Positions 62,424 to 64,000 of a stretch of DNA of 64,000 nt are shown here, one piece after another. Every line of letters begins with the position of its first letter. Within the stretch, counting starts at the first letter, position 1. A program made the position numbers and the translations under genes. Source of the stretch: a virus (lineage: Duplodnaviria; Caudoviricetes); IMG/VR virus record IMGVR_UViG_3300021400_000252; one strand, written 5' to 3'. Under the pieces are notes generated by a model. It was given only the letters and a program-made list of their open reading frames with translations, ran no database searches and had not been told where the DNA came from.

Positions 62424-63899
62424 TTAAATAGATTTTAAAGCATCTTTTATCATTTTTAATCCAAATTGATAAGAAATATTAACTTTCATAATGTTATCTG
62501 CAATATATGAAGCTAAACAAATCCAAATAACACCAACGACTAATTTATTAAATGGATCTAATGAATAATCAACTAATGGTTTTGGTTTTGAATAATTATT
62601 TTTATCAAAATAAATATAATTTATATTTGCATTAAAATGATCATAACCACTTATACAATAATAAACTTTAGCTAGTTCATAAAATAACGGACCAGAGCCA
62701 ATAGTATGTCCAAAATAAGCTCTTGGATCGATAAACTTGAACGTATCTCCATTAATCATAGTATTTGAACCATTCAAATCTCCGTGGAAAGCTTGATAAT
62801 AATTCTTTGTAGTGTCTTGACTTGAAAAATATCCATTAATTCGGTCGAAACTTTTATTGATTGTATCAATAAAATCTTTTTCATCAAAATCTAATAACAT
62901 ATCTTTAATTGAATTTATTCTTGTTAAAACTTTATCATAAAATTCAACTTTAATATCTTCATAAATAGTTTTTGGAGTTTGAGGACACTTTGGACTAATT
63001 TTATAAATTTGATTTAGTTTATCAATTAAAACATTAACTAAATATTCATTTGATGGATTTAATACTTTGTAAAAATTATTATAACCGTTTAAAAATTCTA
63101 CAGTTAATGAATCATCAGTATTTGAAATTAATTTAGGTGCAATACCATAATCCTTAACTTTATTATACCAAGTAACTTCTTTCTTAATTAAATGAGCATG
63201 AGATTTATCCGAAGTTTTTGTAATAGTATTATTTTCTTTATCTATTGTAAATGTATTAAAATATCTACCTTTAGCTTCAGAATCTTCTTGAGCACCTAAT
63301 TCGTTTAAATAAGTTTCTTTATCTCTTAATTCTAATAAATTAGATTTAATTGGTTTAGCTTTATAATCTAAATCTTTAAATAGCTCAACAAAATCACTAT
63401 ATTCTTTGTTTTCTACAATTGATGATTTATCTTTAATAAAATAAACACCTGGAACATTTCCATCAGTACCACAATTAATTAAGTTATTTGTCTTAGCTAG
63501 ATATCTATAATTACCTTGCTTTGTAAAGATAATATTAGTTGTTAATCTACTAACTTCAATCTTTTCATCTAAGATAATATCGGACCATAAAAATAATAGA
63601 TTAGAATTTGGTAATTGATCTAAGACACTATAAATAGTTTTAAATGAGTTTGTATGGTCAAAACTTTCAATACAAGTAATATTTAGATCATTTGCTTTAA
63701 TATAATTTAAGACTTGTTTATAAAATTTAGTATCAACGATTACATATCGATTATAATCATCAAATAATGAATATGAATTTTTTAAACAAGTTGTTGTTTC
63801 ATTATTTAAAATAAATGGTAAGATAACTTTTGAAAAGTTACTCAATTCTTTATATCGAGTGTTTAGTCCACCAGCAACAATAATTAAATTCTTTTCCAC
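62424..63899 (-). CDS. Nucleotidyltransferase fused to a choline/aminoglycoside-kinase-like domain
   Basis: IVAGGLNTR...SK, WSD; C-terminal HGDLNGSN, FIDPRAYFG. Confidence 0.8.
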   Translation of the reverse strand: MEKNLIIVAGGLNTRYKELSNFSKVILPFILNNETTTCLKNSYSLFDDYNRYVIVDTKFYKQVLNYIKANDLNITCIESFDHTNSFKTIYSVLDQLPNSNLLFLWSDIILDEKIEVSRLTTNIIFTKQGNYRYLAKTNNLINCGTDGNVPGVYFIKDKSSIVENKEYSDFVELFKDLDYKAKPIKSNLLELRDKETYLNELGAQEDSEAKGRYFNTFTIDKENNTITKTSDKSHAHLIKKEVTWYNKVKDYGIAPKLISNTDDSLTVEFLNGYNNFYKVLNPSNEYLVNVLIDKLNQIYKISPKCPQTPKTIYEDIKVEFYDKVLTRINSIKDMLLDFDEKDFIDTINKSFDRINGYFSSQDTTKNYYQAFHGDLNGSNTMINGDTFKFIDPRAYFGHTIGSGPLFYELAKVYYCISGYDHFNANINYIYFDKNNYSKPKPLVDYSLDPFNKLVVGVIWICLASYIADNIMKVNISYQFGLKMIKDALKSI

Positions 63900-63901
63900 T
63901 A

Positions 63902-64000
63902 CTATCGTTCTCCTTTCAATATTTTATTTAATTCTGTAAGTTCTTCTTTAAAAGAACGTTTTGGATTATAAAAGATTGCAGTCTTCATTGTAGTATTAAA
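63902..64000 (-). CDS. 3' end of a gene truncated by the window edge
   Basis: Open frame ending TAG at 63902-63904, containing the RBS of the next gene. Confidence 0.55.
   Translation of the reverse strand, partial: FNTTMKTAIFYNPKRSFKEELTELNKILKGER

Larger units (their letters stand above)
1..64000. mobile_element. Large tailed bacteriophage genome segment using genetic code 4 (TGA=Trp)
   Basis: Phage-type replication block, holin-like and collagen fibre genes, PhoH, NADAR, dense gene packing, no host housekeeping operons; TGA read-through restores conserved motifs. Confidence 0.93.

Noticed and set aside
1-64000. tRNA genes, especially a UCA-anticodon suppressor
   Set aside because: No cloverleaf or T-loop signature recognised in the short intergenic gaps; tRNAscan-SE on the full genome is needed
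1-64000. Bacterial chromosome or plasmid origin of the window
   Set aside because: Host-like genes (dnaX, dnaB, recA, glmS, rpsU) are highly divergent and clustered phage-style with virion and holin-like genes

Overview
A gene-dense, very AT-rich segment of a large tailed dsDNA bacteriophage, probably infecting an anaerobic low-GC Bacillota/Mollicutes-like host (inference). Genes run mostly on + from 1 to 43431 and on - from 43469 to 64000, converging on one bidirectional terminator. The phage uses TGA as a sense codon, almost certainly Trp (code 4). I found 20 in-frame TGAs in 14 genes (including PhoH, RecA and a 2875-aa fibre), and every convincing gene end is TAA or TAG, so the supplied ORF track fragments many genes. 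Corrected coordinates are given below. Modules in order: (1) 1-11.9 kb accessory genes: solo YafQ-like toxin, degenerate GlmS, PhoH, four paralogues sharing an N-terminal RxxxFETNSSSxH motif next to a radical SAM enzyme and an HD-like protein, NADAR, SLOG and an HslV-like protease. (2) 12-27 kb virion-like genes interleaved with a glycan-synthesis island: GT2 x2, GT25-like x2, GT4, Stealth, methyltransferase, AsnB-like, a GT fused to a PL7-like lyase, radical SAM and an NDP-sugar dehydrogenase. (3) 27-43 kb holin-like genes, baseplate-like genes and Gly-Ala-Thr collagen fibres. (4) 43.5-59.5 kb ribosomal protein bS21 and a replication block: bacterial-type clamp loader and clamp, RecA, RecU, a family A polymerase split into two genes with a Hint-like junction, SSB, primase, DnaB, DnaC and dUTPase. 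(5) 59.6-64 kb a nuclease fusion, a U32-family protein and a nucleotidyltransferase-kinase fusion. Two recurring intergenic promoter-like motifs (TTGTATWWT and TGCTAAATT) partition the genes. I saw no tRNA, rRNA, CRISPR array or transposase. All family assignments come from motif recognition by eye, not from database searches.
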